64,000 bases of DNA from Antechinus flavipes (GCF_016432865.1 NC_067400.1:635128001-635192000); one strand, 5' to 3'; positions 1 through 10,888 are shown, counted from the stretch's first letter. The notes: generated by a model from the sequence alone, not told the origin. Translations and numbers: made by a program.

Positions 1-299
1 AATTGAAATCTTAGAAAAGTGAATGGTGAAAACTATTGACACAGCAATGGAAAAAAATAAGATACAATTAAGTGACTGCAATGGAGGCTGCAAGTTGGTG
101 CCATTCATCAACGGCAGGCCCCGGGTGCTCAGTGCAAAGACCTGACACTCCAGAGCAAATCCCCTGAAATCCTGCTTCTCACCCTGCCGGAGAAGCCAAA
201 AAGGTCGGGGTGACGGGAGTGAAGGCTGCAAAATAGGCCATTCTACTGCTGCAATCTGGTCCCCAATGGGCCTGAGAAACTAATTAATTAGGAAATGCA

Positions 300-965
300 G
301 AGGGAGGCAGAAAGAAGGAGAAAGAAGAGGGAAAAAGAAAGTGAAAGAGGGAGAAGAAAGAAAGTGAAAGAGTGGGGAGAAAGAAGGTGAAAGAGGGGGG
401 AAAAAAGGTGAAAGGGGGGAGAAAGAAAGTGAAAAGGGGGAGAAAGAAGGTGAAAGAGGGGGGAGAAAAAAGGTGAAAGGGGGGAGAAAGAAGGTGAAAG
501 GGGGGAGAAAGAAAGTGAAAGGAGGAAGAAAGGTGAAAGAGGAGGGAGAAAAAAGGTGAAAGGGGGGAGAAAGAAAGTGAAAAGGGGGAGAAAGAAAGTG
601 AAAGGAGGAAGAAAGGTGAAAGAGGGGGGAGAAAAAAGGTGAAAGGGGGGAGAAAGAAGGTGAAAGAGGGGGAAGAAAGAAGGTGAAAGGGGGGAGAAAA
701 AAGTGAAAAGGGGGGAGAAAAAAGTGAAAGGAGGAAGAAAGGTGAAAGAGGGGGGAAAAAAAGGTGAAAGGGGGGAGAAAGAAAGTGAAAGAGGGGAGAA
801 AGAAGGTGAAAGAGGGGAGAAAGAAGGTGAAAGGGGGGAGAAAGAAAGTGAAAGGAGGAAGAAAGGTGAAAGAGGGGGGAGAAAAAAGGTGAAAGGGGGG
901 AGAAAGAAAGTGAAAAGGGGGAGAAAGAAGGTGAAAGAGGGGGGAGAAAGAAGATGAAAGGGGGA
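300..965. repeat. Polypurine minisatellite (~20-23 bp units, e.g. GAAAGAAGGTGAAAGGGGGGA)
   Basis: Direct tandem A/G-rich units. The three long minus-strand F/S/P/L ORFs here are a by-product of the pyrimidine-only strand. Confidence 0.95.
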
Positions 966-1518
966 GGGCAAGGGAGAAAAAGAGCCGGAAAGGGGCCCTT
1001 TCTCTTGCCCCTGTGCACCAAGGGGTAGGTGGATGATGTCTGGGCGTCCATAGGGCCGGAGCAATTGCCAGGCAAGAAAGGCAAAGTGGAGGCCCCACAG
1101 AGAGCCGGAGCAGACTCTGCTGAGGAGGAAGACCCGCCTGGGAACACCCGAGGAAGGTCTGAGGCGGTGGGCAGCCCACGGGGGAGTGGCCGGTCCCCAG
1201 GTCTCCCTGCGCCCCACGGAGGAGTTGTTCAGGGTTCAGAAGAAGGAAGTTGGGACAAGAGGGACCTCAAAGAAACCTGTCAACCTGGACAAGAGAAGGC
1301 TGGGGGTTAGGGGGAAGAGGAGGTCTCTCATCTGAGGGTTCAAGGTCAACAAGGGGGATGGAGAACACAGAATAAGTCTCTGCCCTTCCTAAGGGAACCT
1401 GTGGAAGTTCTTGCTGCTCCCTCCTCCTGATGTGGTGGTCCGCTCAGGCCCTCAGATCTGCTTTGGGGGCTTCTGTCTTGTACAACTGGCTGTCTCCCCA
1501 GGGCCAGGGGACACTCAC

Positions 1519-1689
1519 TTCAGCTCCTGCACCTTACAGTTGGGGTGCCTCAGGCCCCGAGCCAGCTCCTGAATCCCCACGTCTTCCAGGTCATTGCCAC
1601 TGAGGAGCAGGGACTCGATGGCGTTGGAGGCGCTTAGGACGGAGGAGATGCTGGCACAGCAGGCGTGGGTAAGGCGGCAGTTGGCCAGG
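1519..1689 (-). CDS. NLRP gene LRR exon (last confidently identified)
   Basis: 171 nt, cag| acceptor and |gtgagt donor, phase 2-2. Encodes LANCRLTHACCASISSVLSASNAIESLLLSGNDLEDVGIQELARGLRHPNCKVQEL, a ribonuclease-inhibitor-type LRR pair. Confidence 0.92.
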
Positions 1690-1895
1690 CTGCAGGGCAG
1701 GGGCACCCGAAGGTCAGGGGTGGGCAGGGCAGCGAGCAGCCCCGGGGCCAGACCGGGGGGGGGCCCAAATGCCCTGGCATCCTCCCCAGGGGCACCGGGC
1801 CTGGGCAGCCCAGAAAGCCAGCACAGACCCCACTGCCCAGCAGGCTCTGGCCCCTTGCTCCCCTCCCCAAAGCCGCCCGGAGGGTCTCGGCTTAC

Positions 1896-2066
1896 CTGAG
1901 TTCCCTCAGCCTGCAGCGGGGGGCCCGGAGTCCCTGGCACAGCTGCTGCACCCCCGCATCTCCCAGGGCATTATTCCTCAGGAAGAGACAGAGCAGCCTG
2001 GCTCCCAGGCTGAGCACCGAGGCCAGGTCGAGGCAGCATTGGCAAGTGAGGCCGCAGTTTCCCAAC
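1896..2066 (-). CDS. NLRP gene LRR exon
   Basis: 171 nt, cag| and |gtaagc, phase 2-2. Encodes LGNCGLTCQCCLDLASVLSLGARLLCLFLRNNALGDAGVQQLCQGLRAPRCRLREL. Confidence 0.92.
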
Positions 2067-2590
2067 CTGTACGGGAAGCCCAGGCGCTGCCACGAGTTCC
2101 CAGGGTCCCCCCCCCAGTCAGCAGCCAAGGCCGGAACACCGGGCGCCCCCAGGGTGAGAACACCGGGCGCCTCCCAGGGCTGGGGAAGCCACTCCATCAA
2201 CCTGAAGGTGCCAGAGACAGGAAGCCCAGGTCCCACCTCGAGCTCCCATTGGCTGAGGGACGCAGGCCCAGTGACTTCCCCTCTCCAAGATCTTCAGGTG
2301 AAGAGCAGGTGGGAAAAGCATGTTCCCTGGGGGTGCCCCTCCCCAAAAGAAATCCGCTATCACCTTGACAAAGAAATCAGCACACGACCCCCAGGACTCC
2401 CCAGGAAAGGGAGTCCTCCACCTGCTGTAGCTCTCGAACCCCTGTGCCATCAATTCAGACCAGATGCCTCCACCCCAAGAGTCAGGAGAGGGACCTTCCA
2501 GCCTGGTCTGGAATACTTCCAGGGATGGGGAACTCCCTTTCCCAAGCCTTCATGCCAGGGAGGCCCCCCGACGGAGCCCCGGAAACTGAC

Positions 2591-2761
2591 CTGAGTGTCT
2601 GCAGCTGGCAGTTGGCCTGGCGGAGGCCCCCACACAGCAGCCCCACACCGCGGTCTCCCAGGACGTTGAAGCCCAGGTCCAGCCACTGCAGGGTCCGGCT
2701 GACACCCAGCACAGAGCCAAGGTTCTCACATGACTTCTCGGTGAGATGGCATTTCTTCAGA
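2591..2761 (-). CDS. NLRP gene LRR exon
   Basis: 171 nt, tag| and |gtcagt. Encodes LKKCHLTEKSCENLGSVLGVSRTLQWLDLGFNVLGDRGVGLLCGGLRQANCQLQTL. Confidence 0.92.
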
Positions 2762-2879
2762 CTAGGGGATGGACACAGAAGGAACGGGGAGCCAGTGATT
2801 ATTCATCACTTAGCAGCAGCCGCCGCTGCCACGATCCAATGGGACTTTCAAGGCTGCTAATTGTACATATTGTATCATT

Positions 2880-3065
2880 AGGTCTTCACAACAACCCTAG
2901 AGTGAATGCTCGCATTATCACCCCACTTTACAGGTGAGAAAGCTCAGGCCAAAAGAGAAGGAAAGGTACTTGTCCAGAATTAAACAGCCAGTAAGTATCT
3001 GAGGTAGGACTTGAATTCAGCTCTCTCCTCACTTTCAGGTCAGTGAGCTGTCCATTGAACTACCT
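2880..3065 (+). mobile_element. MIR/core-SINE fragment
   Basis: ccccactttacaggtgagaaagctcaggcc...cttgtcc...cagccagtaagtatctgagg...ggacttgaattcag resembles the MIR core. Confidence 0.6.
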
Positions 3066-3730
3066 GGCTACTTTTCAACAGCTCCTCTTCCGGCACAAGA
3101 AAGGAAAGTCCACTACTGGGTGTCCCTGGTCCCCCACTAGGCTGGAGACTGTGAACGTCTCGGGTTCTGGATACCATTTCATGTTAGCAGTTTGGGGGCA
3201 GCCAGAGATGAGGCCTTAAGAACTCCAGAATAGAAGGAAACTTTCCTGCCATTGAAGACCTGAATGTGGGGGGTGCCAAGGTCCTGCTGGGAGGCCATGC
3301 CAAAGGAGCCCAGGCCTGAGATTTGAGTCCCAAAGCTGAGAGATTCAGTGTGCGGCTCACCTGCATGGGTCCCTTCTTCCTCATTTTATAGATGAGAGCC
3401 CAAAAGGAGGGCCCTGGTCTTCTCCCTGGAGGACAGATGCTAGTGGGGAGCAGGCAGCTCTGTTTCTGCTCTGTACCCCTCCTTGGGGTGAAGCAGTCTT
3501 GTGATCACTTGCATAATACAGTTCAATAAATATTAAGGGAAGAAGGCTGTTCCTCATGCAATTTGACCTCCTGACATCTCAAACAGGATGTCCAGGAGCC
3601 TTCTTAGACTCAACATGCCCAAAGTCAGATTCTTTCTCCCTAAACCCTTCCTTCCCTATTACTGTGAAGGGCAACATCATGCACCCCCTCCTTCCACTAC
3701 AGAAGTCATCCTGGATTTCTCACTATTTCT

Positions 3731-4142
3731 TGTAATGGGCTGAGGCTTAAGTTGATGCACTGAGGTCCCAAGCACATGAGGCTAAATAGTAATTGGACCA
3801 TACTCTATTCATATATAAGCTTGGAGAAAGAATGGCCCCCGCCCACTCTTTGTGCAAGTCCTGATGTGTTGTATAGGAAATGACAATTCTGGTGAGTAGA
3901 GGCAGGGGAGGGGAAAGGAAGAGGAAGGAGAGACTTTTTGCATTGCCTTTGCGACGGTTTGCTCAGCTCAGATCTCTCTGTTAGCTGGCTTCCCGTCGCA
4001 GCTGCCCATATTGCTATTGCAATTTTTCTTGCCCATATTGCTATCGCAATCCTATTCATCTCTTCACTTCAATAAAGATTGAAGATTTTCCCCTTAACCT
4101 GAATTCCTGACTCCGGCTGATTTTAAATACGCGGTCATTACA
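3731..4142 (+). mobile_element. Solo LTR (412 bp) with 6-bp TSD, in an NLRP intron
   Basis: Termini TGTAATG...CATTACA (7-bp inverted repeat). Flanking direct repeat ATTTCT at 3725-3730 and 4143-4148. TATATAA at 3812, AATAAA at 4071. Confidence 0.9.
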
Positions 4143-4242
4143 ATTTCTCACCCATCCAGAGCCAATCAATACGGTGCCAAGGCCTGTTCATTTCATCTCC
4201 ACAGTACCACTGGTTAATGTCACCTTTGCTGCATCTCTGTCC

Positions 4243-4880
4243 ATATCACCTCTGGTCCATTTCACCTCTGCACCATCTCTGGTCCATTTTATCTCTGATC
4301 CATTTCACCTCTGGACCATCTCTGGTCCATTTTATCTCTGATCCATTTCACCTCTGGACCATCTCTGGTCCATTTCATCTCTGGTCCATTTTTATCTCTG
4401 ATCCATTTCACCTCTGCACCATCTCTGGTCCATTTCATCTCTGGTCCATTTTATCTCTGATCCATTTCACCTCTGGACCATCTCTGGTCCATTTCATCTC
4501 TGGTCCATTTTATCTCTGATCCATTTCACCTCTGCACCATCTCTGGTCCATTTCATCTCTGGTCCATTTTATCTCTGATCCATTTCACCTCTGGACCATC
4601 TCTGGTCCATTTTATCTCTGATCCATTTCACCTCTGGACCATCTCTGGTCCATTTCATCTCTGGTCCATTTTATCTCTGATCCATTTCACCTCTGGACCA
4701 TCTCTGGTCCATTTTATCTCTGATCCATTTCACCTCTGCACCATCTCTGGTCCATTTCATCTCTGGTCCATTTTATCTCTGATCCATTTCACCTCTGGAC
4801 CATCTCTGGTCCATTTCATCTCTGGTCCATTTTATCTCTGATCCATTTCACCTCTGCACCATCTCTGGTCCATTTCATCT
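4243..4880. repeat. Minisatellite of 16/11-bp CTCTGGTCCATTTCAT-type units
   Basis: Direct tandem repeats, embedded in L2-like sequence. Confidence 0.95.
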
Positions 4881-5170
4881 GCCAGCTTCAAGTCTCTACC
4901 TAATCTAGTCCATATTCTACTTAGCCACCAAAATGGTTTTCCTAAAGCATGGGCTTGAATATGTCACTCCTATATTCAATAAACACCAGTGGCTCCCTAT
5001 CATCTCCAGGATCAAATATCGGTTAATCAATCAGTAACCTTTATTTAGTGTTTACTATATTTTCAGTTTATATTAGTGGAAGCAGTGAATTCTAGATTCC
5101 CCTGCTGTCAATCAATCATTCAATTAATCCACATTTATTAAGCATCTACTATGAAGTTTCTGACCCTCAG
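4881..5170. mobile_element. L2 LINE 3' fragment
   Basis: ...atgtcactcct...ccagtggctccct... and tcaatcaatcattcaattaatccacatttattaagcatctactatg, a typical L2 tail. Confidence 0.6.
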
Positions 5171-5330
5171 GACACTGAGGACTCAGGGTACAAGTAAAAA
5201 GAAGAGCCCTGGGAAGCAGGAGGAACAGTTGTGACGCAGGAGATAAGAGATGAAGGAAGCAGAGACGGGGCGCGTATAGCCAAAGTAGAGGAGGTGCCCT
5301 GTGGCCCTGCCCATGAGGCGAGGCTCTTAC

Positions 5331-5501
5331 CACAGCTTCTGAAGCCTGCAGCTGGGATGTTCCAGTGCCCTGAAGAGCAATGCTGCTCCCTGGTCTTCCA
5401 AGGGGTTGTAACTCAGATCCAGGCTCGTCAGGGTATGGCTCACGTTGAGAGCACAGGCGAGGCTCTCAGCAAAATCTGAAGTGAGCCAGCAGTTCAGCAA
5501 C
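5331..5501 (-). CDS. NLRP gene LRR exon (absent from the ORF track)
   Basis: 171 nt, ttttcctag| and |gtaaga. Hand translation: LLNCWLTSDFAESLACALNVSHTLTSLDLSYNPLEDQGAALLFRALEHPSCRLQKL. Confidence 0.92.
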
Positions 5502-5978
5502 CTAGGAAAATGTCACATTAGTGGCCTTTCTCCACATACACACCCCCCCCTCCGCCCCAAGCCAAAGGCCCAAAAAGCCACCAAATGCATCCCTCTGACC
5601 CTGAATACTGGGTATCCTTGGCAAGTCCTGGGAGAAGAGGACCCCGTCCTGGTCTTCTGATGCCCTCCCTTGATCCCTTAGTCCCAACAGATAGAAACAC
5701 AGAACATCAGAACGTCAGAAAGCTGCCCATGGAGGGGAGCCTTTGCCCAAGGCCACAGTGGCTAATGGTGCTGTAAGGCTCAAAGCCAAGTCCCTTGGCC
5801 CTGGCACACCAGGTCTGCAAACCACTTAGACATCATCAAGTCCCAAGCTCCTTTTTCAGATGAGAAAGCTGAGCCCCTAGACAGAGGAAGTGACCTGCCT
5901 GGGGTCACATGGGACCGAGCCTGGACCCTCCTCCTTTGTCCCTTTGCTGGGAAGAGAAGGAAGCCAGCCAGGACCCAC

Positions 5979-7832
5979 CTGAGCGACTGCAGCGGGCATC
6001 GGGGCTGCTGGAGATCTTCACATAACCATCTCATTCCGGAGTCCCCCAGGGCGTCCTCCCCCAGCCCCAGCTCGGAGAGACTCCTCTGCACCCAGAGCCC
6101 AGAGGACAAGTCTTGGCATATGTCCTTGAGGGAATAGGTCCCAGTTTCTCGGTCAGCGAGATCCGGCTCTTGGAGGCCCAGGCCGGCCGCTCCCGAGCCC
6201 AGCCCGTCCAGCTCCACCGCCAGGGTGCTCCGGGAGGCTCGCAGACAGAAGGTGGCCACCAGGCCGTCCATCCTGGTGCGCACTCTCACCTTCACTTCCC
6301 TGAAACAGCCCATGGCCCTGCGGACGAACTCGGGTTCTTGGGTCTCAAACAAGCAGTACAACAGCTCCAGGGTCTTTGCCCGCCAGGGCCCTGGGCCACC
6401 TGCTCCCGGATCCATCTCAGCAGGACTCGCTGGCTCCCCCGGGGGACGGGCTCCCCCACCATCGTCTCCAGGGCGCCGGCCCTCTCCCGGCTGGAGAGCC
6501 CAAAAAGGAAGCGGACGGTCAGGGGGAGGTCGGCCTGCAAGCCGGAGGGGCCCTTCAGCAGCGGCCCCCAGCCAGGCCGGCGGAAGGGCCAGCGCGGCCG
6601 CTCCATCACCAGGAACAAGGCCGCGAAGAACTCCTGGAAAGTCGAGTGGAAGAAGCTGTAGGTGGCCCGGCACTCGGCCTCGTGCTGAAACTGGTCCATC
6701 TGCAGGAAGGTGGAGACCGTGGCCGCGTCCAGCCCGTGGCGGGCCAGGTCCCGCTCCCGGAACCAAAGCCTGCGCTCCCGCTGGCCGGCGGCGGCCAAGG
6801 AGCACAGGCCGCGGAGGCCGGCGGCCGGGATCCTGGGCGGGCCGTGCCGGTCCGGACGCATGAGGCTGGAGAGGAAGGCCACGTAGACGGCCGTGGCGGT
6901 CCGCGCGGACTGGGCGGGGGCCTCGCCCCGCTCCATCTGCTGCCGCAACCCGGTGCACAGCACCCAGCACACGAGGGGCACGAAGCACATGGTGAAGAGG
7001 ACCTCGTTGGCCCGCACGGCGGCCCAGGCTCTGGCGGCCTGCCCCGGCGCCGGGAAGTACTTGTCGAAATAGGCCTTCCTCTCGGAAGCCCGGAAGCCCA
7101 GGACCTCGGCCAGCCGGGGCCGCTCCAGCAGCGGCTGCAGCTTCTCCAGCGCCGTGGGCCGCGTGGTGATGAGCAGGGAGGCCTCGGGGAGCAGCCTCTT
7201 GCCCAGAAGGCTCCTCAGGTGGACGTCCACCCGCTGCTTCTGCTCCCCTGGGATGTGGGGTCCGGCCTCCTGCGCCCACGGGCCCCACAGGAGCTCGTCA
7301 AAGCCGTCAAGGACGAAGAGCAGGCGCTCGGGCCGAGCCAGCAGGGCCGGCACCGGGGCAGGCCCAGAGCCTGGGCCCGTGGCCTCCAGCCACCCCGACA
7401 GCAGCTCGGCCAGGCTCAGCGGGGCTAACACCTCCACGGTCCGGCAGTTGATGTAGAAAACGTAGTCGAAGCGGCCGGGGTAGAGAGCGCCCGCGGCCCA
7501 GTCCAGCAGCACCTTCCGGGCCAGGGTGGTCTTGCCGATGCCGGCCACCCCCTGCAGCACCACGGTGGTGGGGGGGCTGCCCACCTCCTCCTCATCGGCG
7601 TCGAAGAGAGTCTGCAGCTCGATGGGCCTTCGGTGCTCCTCCCTGAGGAGGCCGTGCAGCCCCCCGGAAGCCAACAGTTCCTGCTCTCGGCGCCAAGGGC
7701 TGGCGTGGCCCCTCACCAGCAGCAGACGCGTGTAATGCTGGCTCAGGTCGACCCATTCGCCCAGGCGCGCGTTCCTCTCCTCCAGGACCTGGAATTTCTT
7801 CCACACCCGGGCCCGGTACTTTTCCGCGTGAC
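5979..7832 (-). CDS. NLRP gene large FISNA-NACHT-WH-HD2 exon plus first LRR module, with one -1 frameshift at ~6375-6410 (NLRP12/NLRP3-like)
   Basis: EERNARLGEWVDLSQHYTRLLLV, Walker A GVAGIGKT, Walker B LLFVLDGFDEL, sensor-1 LLITTR, CFVPLVCW, FQEFFAA. Homology continues in a second frame as LELLYCLFETQEPEF. Acceptor aatcag| at 7833 and donor |gtgggt at 5978. The exon is 1854 nt, but a phase 1-to-2 exon needs 3n+1. Confidence 0.93.
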
Positions 7833-8562
7833 CTGATTCGGAGGTGGGAAGAATGAGCGGGCCGGTCTGGCCAGCCACGTCCCCCCCTTCTGCCATTTCC
7901 CAGGCAGGTGATTCCCGGCGGGGTAGGGGTGGGGGCTGGGCTTGATCACAGGAAGGGCTTGGAGGACCTGCCCTGCCCCCTTCTTGGGGGCCCCAATCCC
8001 GCAGCTTTGACCCCCTAGACCTCCCCACCCGCTTCACTGAACCTTAGGTCTCCAAATGCAAAAAAACAGGGAGTTGTAATAACCAAATCTTCAAACACAA
8101 AGGTCGACCCGAGCCACTCGAAGCTGTGATTCAAACTCCAGGCTTCCGACACCAAAGCGGAGCCACGCTGAAATCCCCAGGCCGCGCGTTCCCCTGATCA
8201 GAATAGCCACTAAATCCTATGCTTCTGAAACGAGTCTCACCTCGCAAGGAACAAAACAAGAGAGAATAAAATGAAACAAAGACTCCAGAGGGGAAAATGG
8301 AGAAGAAAGCACTTGGAACAGAGGTTCAAAGGAAAAGAAAGATTAGGAAAAAACCCAAGAGTGAAAAAAGAGAATAAAGGAGGTGCCAAGGGTCTGGCCA
8401 AGCCCACTTCCCAGCAGCTCTCTCCTGGCCACACCTTGCCTTGAGCAGTGCAAGGACCGCACTAAGAGAGCACAGTCAATGGCGCGCTTCAGCCCAGGCA
8501 CTAAGGTAGGAAACCCAAAAGGAGGCAGGACCCAGAAAGCAACGGCCCATCAGAGACACGGA

Positions 8563-9225
8563 AAGAAGAGTGATGGACGAATATGGGAGCCGGAAGGAAG
8601 AATGATGGGTGAACGTGGGAGCTGGAAGGAAGAATGATGAGAGAACATGGGAGCTGGAAGGAAGAGTGATGGACGAATGTGGGAGCTGGAAGGAAGAGGA
8701 ATGAGAGAACATGGGAGCCGGAAGGAAGAGTGATGGGAGAACGTGGGAGCCAGAAGGAAGAGTGATGGACGAATGTGGGAGCTGGAAGGAAGAGGAATGA
8801 GCGAACGTGGGAGCCGGAAGGAAGAGTGATGGACGAACATGGAAGCTGGAAGGAAGAGTGATGGGAGAACGTGGGAGCCGGAAGGAAGAGTGATGGACAA
8901 ACATGGGAGCTGGAAGGAAGAATGATGGAGAACGTGGGAGCCGGAAGGGTGATGGACGAATGTGGGAGCTGGAAGGAAGAGGAATGGGAGAACGTGGGAG
9001 CTGGAAGGAAGAGTGATGGGCGAATGTGGGAGCTGGAAGGAAGAATGATGGGCGAATGTGGGAGCCGGAAGGAAGAGGAATGGGCGAACGTGGGAGTTGG
9101 AAGGAAGAGTGATGGGAGAACGTGGGAGCTGGAAGGAAGAGTGATGGGAGAACGTGGGAGCTGGAAGGAAGAGTGATGGGCGAATGTGGGAGCTGGAAGG
9201 AAGAATGATGGGCGAATGTGGGAGC
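8563..9225. repeat. ~32-bp minisatellite (GGAAGGAAGAGTGATGGACGAATGTGGGAGCT)
   Basis: Direct tandem repeats in NLRP intron 2. Confidence 0.95.
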
Positions 9226-9395
9226 CCGTTTAGGATATCTTCTTTACAAAATACCAGAAAGCTGAGGAAATGACATTTATCTGGTCTCTAAAGCCCCATC
9301 CAGAATCCTTAGAATATCTTCTTGGAAAATAAAGGTGGTTGGTGATTAGGGAACAACAAGACCTTTCTCAGGGAAATGGGTCAGAGGGGGTCACC

Positions 9396-10371
9396 TGTAA
9401 TGTCCGGGCTAGCTTTCTGGACAGGCCTTGGTCTCAGCAGAATAAACACCACGAGGATGGTCAGGAATAGAGTCTAGAGTCTTTACTGTCTCCTTCACAA
9501 TCTGTTCACTCTGACTGACAGACCCTGTCCCCAGTTCTCTCAGCCCTTAAATCCACTAGTACAATTACGTCAATAGAGTATACTGAGTATAAGCCAATCT
9601 AGAGTGACTATCATTATATCAAACTAGAGTGTCTGTCATTACATCAGACTAGTGACTGTACCGTTATATCAGACTAGAGTGACTATTGTTATATCAGACT
9701 AGTGACTGTATCGTTACATCAGACTAGTGACTGTATCGTTATATCAGACTAGTGACTGTACTGTTATATCAGACTAGTGACTGTACTGTTATATCAGACT
9801 AGAGTGACTATTGCTATATCAGACTAGTGACTGTACCGTTACATCAGACTAGTGACTGTACTGTTATATCAGACTAGAGTGACTATTGCTATATCAGACT
9901 AGTGACTGTACCGTTACATCAGACTAGTGACTGTACTGTTATATCAGACTAGAGTGACTATTGCTATATCAGACTAGTGACTGTACTGTTATATCAGACT
10001 AGAGTGACTATTGCTATATCAGACTAGTGACTGTACCGTTACATCAGACTAGTGACTGTACTGTTATATCAGACTAGAGTGACTATTGCTATATCAGACT
10101 AGTGACTGTACCGTTATATCAGACTAGAGTGACTACTGTTATATCAGACTAGAGTGACTACTGTTATATCAGACTAGAGTGACTATTGTTATATCAGACT
10201 AGTGACTGTACCGTTATATCAGACTAGTGACTGTACCATTATACCAGACTAGAGCAATTACATCTTTATACCATATTAGATATATGTGAACTAGAGAACC
10301 ATGGTCTCATCAGTTGCTCTGACCTAACCCCTTGTTGCAAGCACACTTGTCCAGAGTTCGGGCCCGCTACA
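9396..10371 (-). mobile_element. ERV LTR with an expanded internal 25/26-bp tandem array; PBS-like sequence follows on the minus strand
   Basis: TGTA...TACA termini. Minus-strand AGTAAA at 9482-9487. GGTGACCCC (9387-9395, minus) directly abuts the LTR end. No TSD seen. Confidence 0.6.
9598..10254. repeat. 25/26-bp minisatellite (ATCAGACTAGTGACTGTACTGTTAT / ATCAGACTAGAGTGACTATTGCTAT)
   Basis: Direct tandem repeats with alternating unit types. Confidence 0.95.
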
Positions 10372-10816
10372 GGCAAGCCTTGCAGCCAAGAGCCCTGCTC
10401 TGGCTGCCGTCCTTGCCTCCCGGGCCCTGGGAGTCATCGTGCTCCCCTTCTCCATGGCAGAGGCCCCTTGGTTCATTTCTGAAGGGAGTTAGGGGACTAG
10501 TCCCAAGTGGAGAGGAAAGATAACCTGGTTGTGGAATATTCTTCAAAATTCACCTATTTTCCTATGTTTTCTGTTTCGTGTTCAAGATTCCCTTAAATAA
10601 GCCTGTAGAGGCCACAGAGGCTCCAGAAGCCCTGGAGGCCCCAGAGGCCACGGAGGCTCCCTGCTGGCTCCTTCTGCCCAGCTCTCACCTGAGGCTGGGT
10701 GGAGGAACTGGAGAGCATCCCTGGGAGGTCACAGGTGCTGCCGGGATCCGTACCCCGGCCCAGGGCTTCCTACTGTCCCACCTGGACCCCTCCAGCCCCG
10801 CAAGGCACGGGCTCAC

Positions 10817-10888
10817 CTGGCTCTCCTGTCCTTGGAGACGCCTCGTTCCCGGACCGTGATGTGTCCCCACCGGGGGCCTCAGCAGCAT
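10817..10888 (-). CDS. NLRP gene short linker exon 2
   Basis: 72 nt, symmetric phase 1-1. Long polypyrimidine tract ending ctttgtctcag|, donor CAG|gtgagc. Encodes DAAEAPGGDTSRSGNEASPRTGEP. Position matches the small PYD-NACHT linker exon of NLRP12/NLRP3. Confidence 0.75.

Noticed and set aside
6374-6395. Programmed -1 ribosomal frameshift explaining the NLRP frame switch
   Set aside because: GGGCAAA is not an X XXY YYZ slippery heptamer. An indel or sequencing error is simpler.
6225-7428. Long plus-strand ORFs over the NACHT exon
   Set aside because: Antisense shadows of GC-rich coding sequence.
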